Assembly (NCBI GenBank): GCA_002633005.1
Contig: NMRA01000126.1
Span: 605,883 to 669,882, forward strand
Direction of reading: 5' to 3'
Length of the DNA stretch: 64,000 nt
DNA from: Phoronis australis
Taxonomy: Eukaryota; Animalia; Phoronida
This document shows, one piece after another, positions 15,401 through 30,000 of this stretch (positions within the stretch are counted from its first letter, which is position 1; every line of letters starts with the position of its first letter). Position numbers and translations under genes: made by a program. A model generated the notes under the pieces. That model was not told where the DNA came from. It was given only the letters and a program-made list of their open reading frames with translations, and ran no database searches.

Positions 15401-18400
15401 ATAAACATTCATGGAAAATTCATTGAAAAGTTTGTAATAAAAATGATTATTTTGGAAGCTGGACCTCCAATTTTCCTTTTCATTGAATTTTGCAAAAAAT
15501 ACATAGCAAAAATTGCATTTTATTGTCTTTGCGGTTGCAGTTATTCCTTGAAAAGGAAAATCTGTCCTGGAGAACCTGAAAAATTAAACCTAAAAATGAC
15601 ATGGAAGTCATGAATTAGCATTGCTACATGGTTGACTCGTTTTATTTACATTCAGTCAAATCAAAATATAGGTCTGATTCAGATTTAGTTTTTTAATGAA
15701 AGTACCATTTCTCATTAAGATTGGTGCTAGACAAACATTTAAAATCACACTTAAAACTAAACCGGTCTTGACAATGTGTTTATTTCAACAAACATATGCT
15801 AAATGTAAAGGCCGGGGTAATAGTTTCTTATAGGGGTTCCATATTTTGCGAACTAGTTCCTTCCACTGTTAAGCAATTGTCATAGGAAGTCGATACCCTT
15901 ATACAAGCACTGACATTTAGCATTAGTATTGGTATTGGTTTTACTGTGTGTGTTTTCAAAGCTTGAGTCTTTGATGGCAGCGTGAACATTGGAAAGGCAG
16001 CTTTGTTATTGAAGCTGCATCATGCAGCACGTCTTGGTTATTATAGTTATCGTTATCTTGATTTACTGTTATTGTAGGACTTTATTACTGAGGAGATGGT
16101 GGAACTAATGCAGCCATATCTGGATATGGAAGATTACAACCTGGAGACGGCCAAGAAGGTGTGTGGTGACGTGGCTGGACTGTGTTCTTGGACCACTGCT
16201 ATGAGCACTTTCTACTGGATCAACAAGGAAGTGTTGCCCCTCAAGGTAAGGGATCATAATTTTTGAACATCAGTGGCATGTTTTATTGAAGTTTCTATGC
16301 CCAACCCCTGGCATGTAATTCTTTGAAAATGGCTGTCAAGTTTGAATGTTGTTTAATGGTCAAACTTACATGAATTGCCTTTATTCATTCTGATGAAAAT
16401 TTTTGACTGCTTTCCAAATGAATTCAGTCTCTACAATCTTCTTATCAATAACTTTTAAAAATAATTAATAGCAGGCCTTCTGGTACACGTACGCAGGTCA
16501 CGCATGTGGGTCCATTGCACTGAACACCTGGAACTATTTTTGTGTTTTATCAACAACTTGGTTGGGTGACTTTTGTGAAGTGGGTCCTTGTATTGATCAC
16601 ACTTTTGTTGATACAAGAGAATAAAAAAGATGATTCTTTACATCGTTTAAGCAAGTCCTGAGAAAATCTTGCAATTATGCAGTCATCTTGTGTCTTTAAA
16701 ATAAAGCTATAAATGTGATGCAAGTTATGGTGTACTTGACTGAAATTTATGCTTTATGAAGATTGTTAAATACTAAGCAACAGTTAGCTGTTAATATCTC
16801 ACTTGTTCTACCTATTAGGCCAACTTAGCTGTTCAAGATGCCAAGCTTAATGTTGCAATGACGGAGTTGAATAACGCTCAGGCACAACTGGATGCTAAAC
16901 AGGCGGAGTTAGATAAAGTGCAGGCCATGTATGACGCAGCCATGAAGGAGAAACAGGTAACTTATCCTTATGTTGGCTGAACATTCATATTGTGGTGGTC
17001 GAGTTGGGAAATGTGTGACCGAGATGATAGATAATGGTGTCAGTATTGGGCCTGCCCTCTACCTGTAGTCCGTGGTATTAACACTGTTGAACTAATCACT
17101 TACCTATAATAAGTTAGTGTTGTACCTCTTCAAGCGTAATGTTAATCGTTTTTCTGAATTTTACTGTTCATTACAAACTGAAAAGGAATGAATTTCATGT
17201 AACACTTAGATCATTATAAGTATGCATTCAAGCATGGTAATTGTGTGTGTGTTAATACTTCGTTACTGTGTAAAGGATGAGAAAGTCACTATGACTGAAA
17301 TACTTAAACATGATTTACAAGAACACAGAGTGACAAGAATGTGGTGATAATTTGTTTTTGTGATGTATATTTTTAAGGAAGAAATTCACTGATTTTTTAA
17401 GGAGTTTTGAAGCCACCCTCTTTTAAGGGTGACCTCATCCAGTGTCTTTGTGTCATATATTCTTACAATTTTGTTGTTTTCATAAATTACAGAATAGTTC
17501 TGGCCTTTACTTTGTTCCTCTTACTTATCCATGTTTACTAACAATAACATTTATATCTTCTAACAAGAGAAAAAAGGTAAACTTTAATTCAGTGAAACTA
17601 TGGGATTTTTTCTTTGTAAACTTGCAATACTTATTTTGTTCATTTTGAAGATTTTATCAATGTTAGTTCAGTGATAGCTGCATTAAAGCTGGATATTTGT
17701 GTTTCTTTGCCAATCATCAGCTAATCTAAGCACTTGCAATTGTCACCAAGAGCACAATACAAGCACTGCCTGTTATATTGACATACACATTGGTATATAG
17801 TTTCTGGACTCCGTAAAGGAAATTTAATTTTCATATGTTTAAATTATTTAATCTTTTGTTGCTTTTTCACCAGTTTGCAACATCAATTTTATTTTTCTTA
17901 AAAGGAATTGAACAATCAATGGAAAAAATTGATTAAAGGTTTGTTATGTGTTGTTTCCTTTCTTAACATTTTACTATTTTTGATGTTGTGGCAAACTTTT
18001 TTGCCTCTGAACTTACCTTCATTATTTTTCAGAATTTTTTCATTGTCAAGAATTTAATATTTGAGTTAAGCTTTTGTGACCAAATTAATGGGCCCTGGCG
18101 TATCCTTATAATTTAACAATGTTTATCCTTCATTTGTTTCTTTTATGTGGATACTTGTACGAGATGAATAAAACCGACCATTGTTGTTTCCTAGTGCTGT
18201 GGATGAGAACAGTATCATTGTCATGGTTAATGTATGTCTGATCAATGTATTTCACTGCACCATTCTGTACTATTACAGGATCTACTTAACGATGCTGAGG
18301 CATGTCGTCGTAAGATGTCCAATGCCACGGCCCTCATTGACGGTCTGTCGGGTGAGCGTGTTCGCTGGACTCAAGCCAGTAAAGGATTTGAGGCTCAGAT

Positions 18401-20971
18401 CCAACGTCTGGTGGGTGATGTATTACTAGCCACAGGCTTCTTGTCGTACGCTGGACCCTTCAATCAAGAGTTCCGTCAACTGTTGCTTAAGAACTGGAAA
18501 AAGGAGATGATTGGCTGTAAAATTCCATTCACAGATGTAAGTATCCTTCATAAGATTGCACTTGTTACACCCATAATTTTTGCGGGTTACTATTTAATCA
18601 TGTGAACTGAATCAAACTTTAAAATGTGCAATTTAACTTAATTTTTTTGATATTAGAGTGCTGCAGGACATTGTTTTTTGGCTTGGGTCTTTAATTTTAC
18701 CTCATCCTCTTGTTGGAGCACACTGTTTTGCATTGAAAAGGATATTTATTAATTAATTGTGTTCATTTGCATTAATCATTCTGAATCTCCAATATAAATT
18801 GTTCTGTAAGTTATAAAACTGCATGCAAGCAATTTTTTGCTACCATTTTATGTTGGGTTATTCACTCAACGTAAGACACTGTCTATCTGCGTACACTGTG
18901 TCTATCTGCGTACACTGTGTCTATCTGCGTACACTGTGTCTATCTGCATACACTGTGTATATCAATTTATTCTTACACCCACCAGGATCTGAATATCATC
19001 AGTATGTTAGTTGATAATGCCACAATAGGCGAGTGGAACCTGCAAGGACTTCCCAATGATGAGCTCTCCATTCAGAATGGTCTGATTGTTACCAAGGCGG
19101 CCAGATATCCTCTGTTGATTGACCCTCAGGGTCAGGGTAAAATATGGATCAAGAATCGTGAAGGAGCTAATGAACTGCAGGTAAACCTTCTTCAAATATA
19201 TGCTTTATGTTTTAGGTAGAGAGCAATTTTGGGCTTGTTCTTGGAAATTGTTCCTTTACTTTTCACGTAACTTAATATTACCTGCTGACATACCACGAGA
19301 ACAGAAAGATTTTATGCTGGGCGCAGCTATTCAGTATCAGTATGGGGTAATAAAATAATTATCTTCTCAGCCATGACCTGAAACCATTTTCATTAATGTA
19401 CTCATATAAGACAAATTGACAATAACACAATTTAAGACCAAGCTGAGGACCCATGGCTGTCGCAGTGGTATCCAGCGGGATTCGAACCTATGAGCTTGTG
19501 TGCAGGAGGCAGTCACACTCAACCCAGTAGGCCACACTGTCTCCTACCTACTACCTGTGTATTACAAAATAATGTGTTCTGGACAATCAGAGCCTGACTT
19601 GTAAGATTGTAAATTGTCTATTGATTTTCTCCTCATACTCCATTGCAGGTGACTGCACTAAACCACAAATACTTCCGTAACCACCTTGAGGACAGCCTCT
19701 CTCTGGGTCGCCCCCTCATCATTGAGGATGTGAGTGAGGAACTTGACCCCGCCCTGGACAATGTCCTGGAAAAGAACTTCATCAAGAGTGGCAAGACCTT
19801 CAAGGTGAAGATAAGTCTGAACAAATTAGAATAATATTATGTATAAGTCAAAGTACCAGCATACAAGGTGAAATTTGTCCTGTCTAAAACTGAATGATAT
19901 ATATATTTATTCTGCGTGAAACTGGATTTCAAATGAACAGATAAGTGTTACAGCTACTAAACAATTCTGAATGTGGCAGCTTTTGTTTTGAAAACCTTTT
20001 CACTTAATTTTGAAATGTTGAGTTCTATGGGTGTAAACCAAAGAAGGATTTTCTAATTAGTGAATCTCCTACGTCACCTGCAAATACAGAGGACAATACA
20101 GGATTGGATTGGGGTGTGCAATTTCAGGATAACAATAGATCTCATTAAACAAAGTTGAGGACAGCACAGGACAGCTAGGATAGGATAGGATTTCTGTCAC
20201 ACTTAATTCTGCATAAATAAACGTAAACACCTAAGGGAAGGAAGAGGTACCAGGCTAACAACCATTCTGATGCCATCCAAGGTCTCCACAAACATAAGGA
20301 TTCTTGATGATGATCCATGACTGTCCGCGATCAGTCTTGAAATAAGAAATTTTTTTGTATTTGTGGGTTCAGTGAGACCTCGTCTATCCTGCCCTGCCTT
20401 TAAATACTACAAAGCCATTGAGAGGATGGGATCCAGCTTAATTGGTAGTGAGATTTAGACGCTCACCTAGTAATAAGAGAATAGTTATTGAACTAAAGGT
20501 AGTCTGGTCTCTTGTAGGTGAAAGTTGGTGATAAAGAGGTGGATGTTATGGATGGTTTTAAGCTGTACATTACTACAAAGCTGGCCAACCCAGCATACAC
20601 GCCAGAGATCAGCGCCCGCACATCCATCATTGACTTCACAGTCACCATGAAAGGACTGGAAGACCAGTTGTTGGGCATTGTCATCCTGACAGAAAAACAG
20701 GTATTCACTTCGTTTGAATGTACACTAATGTACTGGCTCATCTGTTACATATAGGATGAGCACTGTATTAGGTGCTAGATTCTCTGGCATGGTTCCTGTC
20801 TTAATATAACTATTATCTTGGGACATCTTGTTTTACATCGCAAATAGTGTCCAATGGTTTTGATTTAATTTTGCGATCCTCATAAGAAATCAAGTTGTGA
20901 AATACAGAAGGCAAATTGAAAATGGTGGAAGAAGTTTAATTGGGTTACTGATACTAATTCTGGAAAATGAT

Positions 20972-21011
<40 letters not shown>

Positions 21012-24000
21012 TTATAATTTGCTGTTAGATGGTTTCAACGCATTACATCATATATTAATCAGGGCTTGGAATTTTCCGCGGAAACGCGGATTTCCGCTTT
21101 TTTCAAATGTTCTTTCCGCGCATTTTATTACATTTCCGCGTAAAAAAAATCAGATTTGATATAAAATTTCCGCGGCAAATTCCTTTCTTACCGCGGCGTT
21201 GCAGACGACGTTCACCTCGAAAAGCGGAAGTTGCTCTTTATGTTTCGGAGGAAGGTAAATTGTCAACATTGCTGGGGCATCTGGGATAGCGTGGTGGGAT
21301 TTTCAATGGCGTCTCGTGTTATTGTAAACCGCGGCGACAAATACTACGGCTCTGCAGCCAAAAGTGTGTGAATTGGGAATGGACGGGCGACTTAAAAGGA
21401 CGCAGACGCATACTACTGATGGTGGTAACGTTTTTTTTTTGTTTTTCTTTTTTTTTAGTCCTCCCGATTTTTGTCGGGGGAAGGTTCACTTCGACCATTT
21501 CAAGGCTGGGTAGCGCGCATGATTTGGGCCGTAAAAGTTTCCGTGTTTTTTGTCATTGGTCATTCCAAGCCCTGATTAATGGGTAAAAATTTAGAAATTC
21601 TTATTTTAATAAATATTGTAATTGGCAGTTGTCTTTGTGATATTTCTGTAAGCAAACATGAAGAAACAAGTTTTTATTTATCTTGGTATGATCACGTGTT
21701 CAAGATTTTGACGTTTTTAGAATCACGGATAATTAGCCAGTGAGTGTAATGTCCACGTGGAGTTGAGCATGTTAACTGCCTTGTTTGGTGACACAGCCTG
21801 TAGACTGAAGACTGTTAACTATCTGCTTAGCAAAACATCATAGTATTGGCAATATAGTTGATTGGACTAAACTCAGTTTTCAGTTATTCCTGCATGTTTG
21901 TGAGTATGGTAATCAGGTGAAAATTATACTGTAATATAAATATACCTTGGAGTCACTGTTTGTTTTACTAAACCACTTTGCTCTTACTGGAAAGTTGTCC
22001 ATTTTTACCTGCTGATGTAGCGCTCAATGCATCAAAATACATTCAAGTAGTCTCATTGAGTGTTAATGTCTGAATTTGGCAAATCGCCTTTAATCAATAC
22101 TTATACATCGCAAAAATTTTCTTTCAGGAACTTGAAGCGGAGCGCACCAAACTGTTGGAAGAAGTGACCGCCAACAAACGTAAGATGCAAGAGCTAGAGG
22201 ACAACTTGTTGTATCGTCTGACGTCAACAGAAGGGTCATTGGTCGAGGACGAATCACTCATTGAAGTGCTGCGCATCAGTAAGACTACTGCTCAGGAGGT
22301 CAGCGAGAAATTGACCGTTGCTGCTGAGACTGAGATCAAGATCAACACGGCTCGTGAGGAGTTCCGTCCTGTGGCCACTAGGGGGAGTATCCTGTACTTC
22401 TTGATTGTTGAGATGAGCATGGTTAACATCATGTATCAGACGTCGCTGCGACAGTTCCTGGAGATCTTTGACATCTCGATGGCGCGCTCAACCAAGTCAC
22501 CCATCACTCAGAAACGTATCAATAATATTATTGAGTATCTGACATTCGAGAGCTTTGCGTACACAAGCAGAGGTCTGTACGAAGAGCACAAGTTCCTCTT
22601 CACACTTCTGCTCACGTTCAAGATCGAGATCTCATCCGGTCGACTCAGGCATGAAGAGTTCTCCACGTTCATCAAAGGTGGCGCTGCCCTCGACTTGAAT
22701 GCAGTTGAGCCGAAGCCAAAGAAGTGGATTCTGGACATGACCTGGTTGAACCTTGTGGAGCTGAGCAAGCTGCCACAGTTCGCTCAGATATTACGGCAGA
22801 TTGCTGCAAATGACAAGGTGGGCTGCACCCAATTCATTGACAGATTCTCATGTGAAGTACTTTACTGTATCAGAACAAATCAATTGGCATTCAGTCATAG
22901 AGTGTAGAAACTTCCTAGTGTTAAAAGTTTTTCACGGAAAGATAGTGTCTTTTTCTTAACCTCAAAATGATTATGAAAAGTAAACTATAATCTTTGGCAG
23001 AATATAAAAAGGCTAAAAAGATTTTTGACCACATTCAATAAAGTCTAAAAATTTCAATGTCTTTTTTGCAGGCATGGAAAGCCTGGTTTGACACAGATGC
23101 ACCAGAGGAGGAACCCATCCCTGATGGTTATGGATCATCTTTGGATACATTCCGAAAACTTCTGTTGATCAGAAGCTGGGCCCCTGACCGTGTGGTGCCG
23201 ATGGCGCGCAAATATATTGCAGAAGCTATGGGTGTTCGGGTATGAGTCAAGTTCATGTTGTCATTGTTAGAAGAGGAAATATTATTTAATATGTACTACA
23301 GCAGCTGTAGTCTATGTTATTTGCTTAAAGTAACAGTGCTCGGATGTGCATTCATTTTTAGTTAAGCAATTAAGGCCTGTTGAATTCCATGCCTGTTTCT
23401 GTACACCGTCACTTAACTGCATTGTCTTGCACTGGTATTGACCAGAATTGAAACATGTTGGTCTGTGCAGCCATTGTTTTCATTAAAGCACGTATCAAGT
23501 CTATGGAAATGTGTAAAAGATGTAATAAGTAACATATTACCTGTAAACACTAACTGTTGATAGCAGCACTTGAACCTAAACAGCTCTTGTGGAGTGAAGT
23601 GCTGGTGACTTCTCATTTTATCATTATGGTATCGTACACTTCACGTTCTCTAGTGTTAGCCAAGTCTTCAATCATTGTAAAAATAAGTGATAAATTATTT
23701 AGTAAATTGATTTGTGTCAGTGTGTAGTCAATTTCAACTTAAATACATGGATATTTCTGTGAAATTTGCAGTTTGCTGAAGGTGTTATTCTCAACATGGA
23801 TAGTATGTGGGAAGAAAGCAGGAAGAACTCTCCCCTCATCTGTTTCCTGTCCATGGGATCTGATCCGACAGAAAATATTGAGCGACTAGCCAAGCAAAAG
23901 GGCATTCGTAAGATAATTATTCTATCTTATCATTTGTTGAGTTCAATTTGTGGTAATCTTATATAACTCATTGACAAAAGCTTCTGCAAAATCTCACCAA

Positions 24001-27000
24001 TTTAGGACATGATATGGTGGAGAAGTCAAATTTTATTTCATTCTCATTTTTTGTTGAAAAATATACAGCAGCAAATTAATGTTTTTCCACGTTCAAGTTG
24101 TGTTCCATCAGTTGACAATATTTCTGAAAAAATATGGGCATTCACGTCAATGCTGAAAATGAAAGAGGGCATTTTTGGCAATTATGTTTGTTTGAAATTT
24201 GCAAGATATTGCCTTATTTGAAAAAGGTAGAATGACTAGGTGGGTATGATTTTGGTTAAACAGATTCAAGAGAGTCTTGATTGGAGAAATTTTAGCAGAC
24301 GTCATGAGACTGTGTTGCGTACAAATTCCGTCTTCCAAGTTTACCAACAATTGCGACATCAAGATGTCATCACGCTTGCAACTGTTTGCAGTATAACCTC
24401 AATGCTTTATTACTCAACATTTATATTCTTTTATTGCATTTCACATGAATGGATTACTTGCCAGTATCGTAACATATTTCTGTCCAGCTTAGTTTGATTT
24501 CGTGTTTGAGCTTTAAAGTAAAAGTACAAGACTCGATGTATTCTTTAGTATTTGTAATTATTACATTTTTACACTACTTGAAGTCTAACCATTGTTGCAA
24601 TTACAGAGCATAATATGACTTGGTTACTGTGTGTGTGTCAAAAGGGGTAGACTTGTTTTCACCTTGAACACTTGCAGGCTGTGGCGCTATCTCTATGGGT
24701 CAAGGTCAGGAGGTGCACGCCAGACGTCTGATCTCAAACTCTATCACAGAGGGTGGGTGGGTTCTCCTACAGAACTGCCATCTGGGACTTAACTTCATGG
24801 ATGAACTCTTGGAAACGGTGAGCGACTTCTGATGCCATTTTTCTTAATCATAAATCTCAACTCCATGAAATTCTGGAGAAAGATAGTGAAGTATATTATA
24901 TGGATGCAATATTTGATATCTTAAATCCATCATGGTTGTATAGAAATAACAGTTCTCTACTATTGTGCTTAGGTGACGACCACAGAACCGATGCATGATG
25001 CATTCCGATGCTGGATCACGACAGAGGTACATCCCAAGTTCCCCATCAATCTGCTACAGTCCTCCATTAAGTTCACCAATGAGCCACCGCAAGGGATCAA
25101 GGCGGGTCTCAAGAGAACCTACGCTGGAGTCACACAGGTAGTGATAGTTCTCATAGTGACATGCAGCAGTGTAATAATATGTAATTATTATGGTGGCCTT
25201 GACCTCATTAAGAGTTGGAAAATGTTTTGGGTGTGGCATCTGCTGCAGATTGTGTTATCTTTACACAAAAAATTCATTAGCCTTAAAATTATGACCTTAA
25301 AAATCCCTGCATCCCATACCAGCGGGAAACAATTTGGACACCGTGTGACAAATGCTTGTTTATTAGTTGGTACATCATTATAATGGAAAGCTAGATAAAG
25401 TAGATGCCACTGTTGGTGCCTACAGCAAACAATACAATATCAGACACAGCATATATGCTATAGGAATTTAATGCTAATGTTTGTACTCTGCCAGGAACAA
25501 CTGGAGATAAGCAACATGCCTCAGTGGCGACCCACACTATATGGTGTGGCCTTCCTACACACCACTGTCCAGGAAAGGAGGAAGTTTGGACCAATTGGAT
25601 GGAACATTCCCTATGAGTTCAACCAGTCTGACTTTACTGCCACGGTGCAGTTTGTTCAGAACCACCTGGATGATATGGATCCTAAAAAGGTGTGTACTGT
25701 TTTGTTTTCTTTTGATTTTTACATTTTACCTTGGTATGGTTTTCATCATGTTTGCTCTAACAGAGTTATTACTAGATTTGTTTTGTATGTTTAGTATTTA
25801 ACATTGCTTTTTATTTTTAAAGATTAACACACTGTGTGTTCTTTAGACTTCCGAGCAGTATTGTATATTTACCTGAACTCATATAGTAAATTTATAGTCT
25901 GTTATCTTTTGAGTTTTTTATTTCATAAATAATGTTCAGGAATAACATGAAAGCTTTCAAGAATATTAGACCTTGGGGTCATATTTAGCACAAGTCAACA
26001 GAGACATTTTTTCTGGTATACTTTCAAAGAAGAAGTACAGTTCTGGTAGCGATTTGTTTTAAACTTTGAAAAGTTAAATAAATGAAAACCAAAAATACAC
26101 TTGTGAGCTTAAGTTTATGTTTAATTGCTCAACAGTAACTGTTACTTATAATACTTGGCATACTATTATACAGGGTGTTTCCTGGAACACTGTACGTTAC
26201 ATGATTGGTGAGGTCCAATATGGAGGTCGTGTGACAGACGACTACGACAAACGTCTGCTCAACACTTACGCCAAAGTATGGTTTGGGGAGGGAATGTTCT
26301 CGGATAAGTTCCAGTTCTACACAGGTGTGTAGGTGCTTCTATGGATTTTATTAAAACTGAATTTTGTTAATGCACTTTGTGGTGTGGTGATAAAGATAAC
26401 GATAAATCATGCAAGCTGTGTTACTACATTGAAGTTTTTGCAAACATCGGTATGGGAAGTTTTTTTGATAGTTAACGTTGGCTTACACTCCGTTTCACTC
26501 AGTATCACGCTATACTGTTGAATGTCATTTTAAGTATAATGTTTGTATATTTCTTGTGTTATAAATGTTAATAACTATATAGTAATAATTAAGTAGGTGT
26601 AATTGTTGTTAGCCTATAATGATGGAAGTTGTGAATATCATGCTTCAGGTTACACCATTCCTAAGTGTAAGACTGTTGAAGAGTACCGTGGAGCCATTGA
26701 CAGTCTCCCACTGAGCGACACGCCAGAGGCGTTTGGTCTCCACCCAAATGCTGACATCACGTACCAGGCGAACACTGCAGACACCATGTTGAACACAATC
26801 CTGAATGTACAACCAAAGGAATCAGGAGGAGGTAGCGGGGAGACGCGTGAAAGTGTTGTTTACAGATTAGCAGACGACATGTTGGAAAAGCTTCCACAAG
26901 ATTACATACCCCACGAGGTTTGTACCATTTAAGGCTGGTGTAGCATGGCTGATTTTGTGAACTTGAGAAAGAGGAATATTAACTTTTTGGAATGTTCATG

Positions 27001-30000
27001 GGCAGGAGTTTATTTCTTTGTTTATTTATTCATTTATGTATATTTAATTGTACTTTATTTTAAAGCACCATACTGCAGTGCCATAGTTAGTTGATGTTTT
27101 GGGATGGATCCCTTCATTTTTGTTTTTAATAGGCTAACAAATGGGTACTATGTTTTGTAGGCTATTTGAAAATAGGCAATCCCTTTAAAGTACTGTGTGC
27201 TTAAATGTTTGTCATTTTCTAAAACTTGACTCTTTCCACTATGTTCTAGGTCAAGGAACGTCTGCGAAAGATGGGACACTTGCAGCCACTGAATATTTTC
27301 CTGAAACAGGAAGTGGACCGTATGCAGCGCGTCATTTCGGCTGTGCGTGTGACCTTGAAAGATCTAAAACTGGCCATTGATGGAACGATTATAATGAGTG
27401 AAAACCTGAGGGACGCGTTAGACAATATGTTCGATGCTCGTGTACCTAACTTTTGGAAGAAGGTGAGTGGCTCAGGCATGAATGGGGTGGTGGCTTAAGT
27501 GTCATGTTAAAATGTAGCTATCCAGAGTGTGGGGCCAGTATCTTTAAATGTGAAATGGCCAACATATTGTAAGTGTAGACTACATATACACTCAATCTGA
27601 CATACATTTGGAACAGACATTGAGTGATAACAACAATGTGAAAGTAATCTGACTTGTCAAATCAATGAGGTGATGTTTGGGGTGTTTCTGACAATCACGG
27701 CATTAGTTTAACTACAAAGCAATGACAAAGCATTTAGATATATCTGAATAGGATGTTAGTTACATAAATATAGATTATTACATGGCGAAGTCGTTATCCC
27801 CCGTTATCTAGAGCCCGAGTGGATTTTCGAGAATTATCGCCCGAGGGGCATTAGCCCCGAGGGTCATAATTCTCCAGCATCCACGAGGGCTCTAGATAAG
27901 GGGGATAACGACTGAGAACATGTAATAATCTATTTATACCACATACTGAGCGAGAAACATTACAATGAATCGATCTACCTTTCTTGACTCGCCTCGGCTT
28001 TGTAACTACTTTCTATGTCAGAGGCCTGGGGTCGGAGGTCGTGACCTTTTAAGAAAAACCGGGCTATTTTTGTCAAATAATGCTTTTACTCAAAACCAAT
28101 TGAAAACTTAAATATAATAGAAATAAATTGAATTTATAAATTAAGGTTTACCAACTATTATAGCTTAAAACATGTATTTTTCACGCTAAGCTTCGGCCGG
28201 GAAATTATCGTCTGCTAAAGTAGGTTACCACTGGTAACTGAATATAATTCTCAAGTCAAAGATCCTGACGACACGATACCCGCATTCAAACTGTAGATCG
28301 GTGATTTACAATTAAGAGGACATGAGAGAAAATTTTCACTGAATTAAGATATCATTTTTATGGAAATTATGTGTCTTATTTTTCGTGGCGTATAAGTACA
28401 GTACAATGCTCTTTGCTGAACATGCGATTGTTGCGCGTGCTCATTTAAGTATTCTATTTTCACTCTTGATGACGTCAGTCGCTGTGTGGTGTAGTGGTAA
28501 AGTCGGCGACCAGCAATATAAAGGTCCTGGGTTCGACTCCGTCCTCGGTTTCCCGCCAAATCGTTATCTCACTAGTGAGATATCTTTATGGGTTATTACA
28601 CGGTTGTATCTGCCATTTGACGCTAATATTGTGGTATAATGAACAATATGTTAGTTACATCTGAAAAATATTTCAGTTTCATCTAAGAAGTTTCTTAGTG
28701 ACGTGTCACCTTGTAACACATGCTTATTTCAAAATGATTTTTTGAATGCCATATAGGACCAGCAAGTAAGTTCAGCTTGCTGCCTTTTGGATATGCAGAC
28801 AATATATTAAGGTGTTACCTAATTCTTGGGAGGTGCATTGCCTTGGGAGAGATCTGAACTTTCAGCTTTTAAACATTTTTACTTCTGCTCCCCAGATCTC
28901 ATGGCAGTCAGCCACCCTGGGATTCTGGTTTACTGATCTACTGGACAGAAATGCGCAGTTCCACTCATGGGTGTTTGATGGACGACCCAACTATTTCTGG
29001 ATGACGGGATTCTTTAACCCACAGGTGGGTAGCAATGATGGTGAAGTATGATGCGGTATAGCATGGGGCTGTGCGGTATAGTATGTTACAGAACAGTGTA
29101 GTATTCAGTATGGTTTTGTGCAGTACAGTGCAGTACAATCCAGTACAATGGGTTCATTATACTACTGTGGCAGTGCAGTACACTCTAAATTCATTTAGTG
29201 ACAAAATTTGGAAAAAACGTAAAGAATTTTGTTGAAACCTGCACAGAAAGTGATGATTGTCACCTAGCAACTACTCCGAACTGGAGAGAGATGATATGAC
29301 CGTGACCTATTTTGTTCAAACTAACAAACTTCAGCAAAAGTAACTTTTAAAAATGCTTAGCTCGTGTCACCACATCTACGAACCAAACAGATTAGTATAT
29401 TAACCAATGTGCTTACTTATGTCCTGGTGCAATGTTGGCCTGATATGATCTATTGTAGAGACTAGTGGCAAGAGTTTGATTTAAAATGGTAGAATCTCCT
29501 AGACTATTCCAATGCAGTGATGTCACACTTTCCATCCCTATTTGTCCAAAATATTTTATGATAACCAACCCACCTTCGTTAACTTTGTTCTGGTCAACAA
29601 CGAACTTACTCAAAGACAAAAGAGATAAAAAATGAAATTGAGACAAAAATGTCTCAGCTATAAATCGGAAGATAGCGACACAGTTTTTGTCAAAAGTTAT
29701 ACTTGAAGAAATTTACGTTAATCTTTTATGCACAATGAATAACAATGGTGACAAATCTGTGAAGATATTACTTTCTGGCATTATACCTGGATTGCTAAAA
29801 CCTTCCAAAGATATATTGCATTATTTCTTTAACTTAGGCTGCAGTGTCTGACTAGAATGAGATTCAAGAGATGTATAATAGCAGTTGTGAGAGGTCACAT
29901 TTTGCAAGGTTATTATTAATGTTTATTGATATCGCAGGGTTTCCTGACAGCCATGAGACAAGAGATCACCCGCTCACACAAGGGCTGGGCTCTGGATGGT

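Noticed and set aside
14812-15408. Antisense ORFs overlapping dynein exons (also 1120-1494, 7825-8130, 22508-22768 and others)
   Set aside because: Shadow frames of real coding exons with no recognisable motifs.
28478-28550. Functional tRNA gene
   Set aside because: A and B boxes are present but the acceptor and anticodon stems do not pair, and it sits inside a repeat element.
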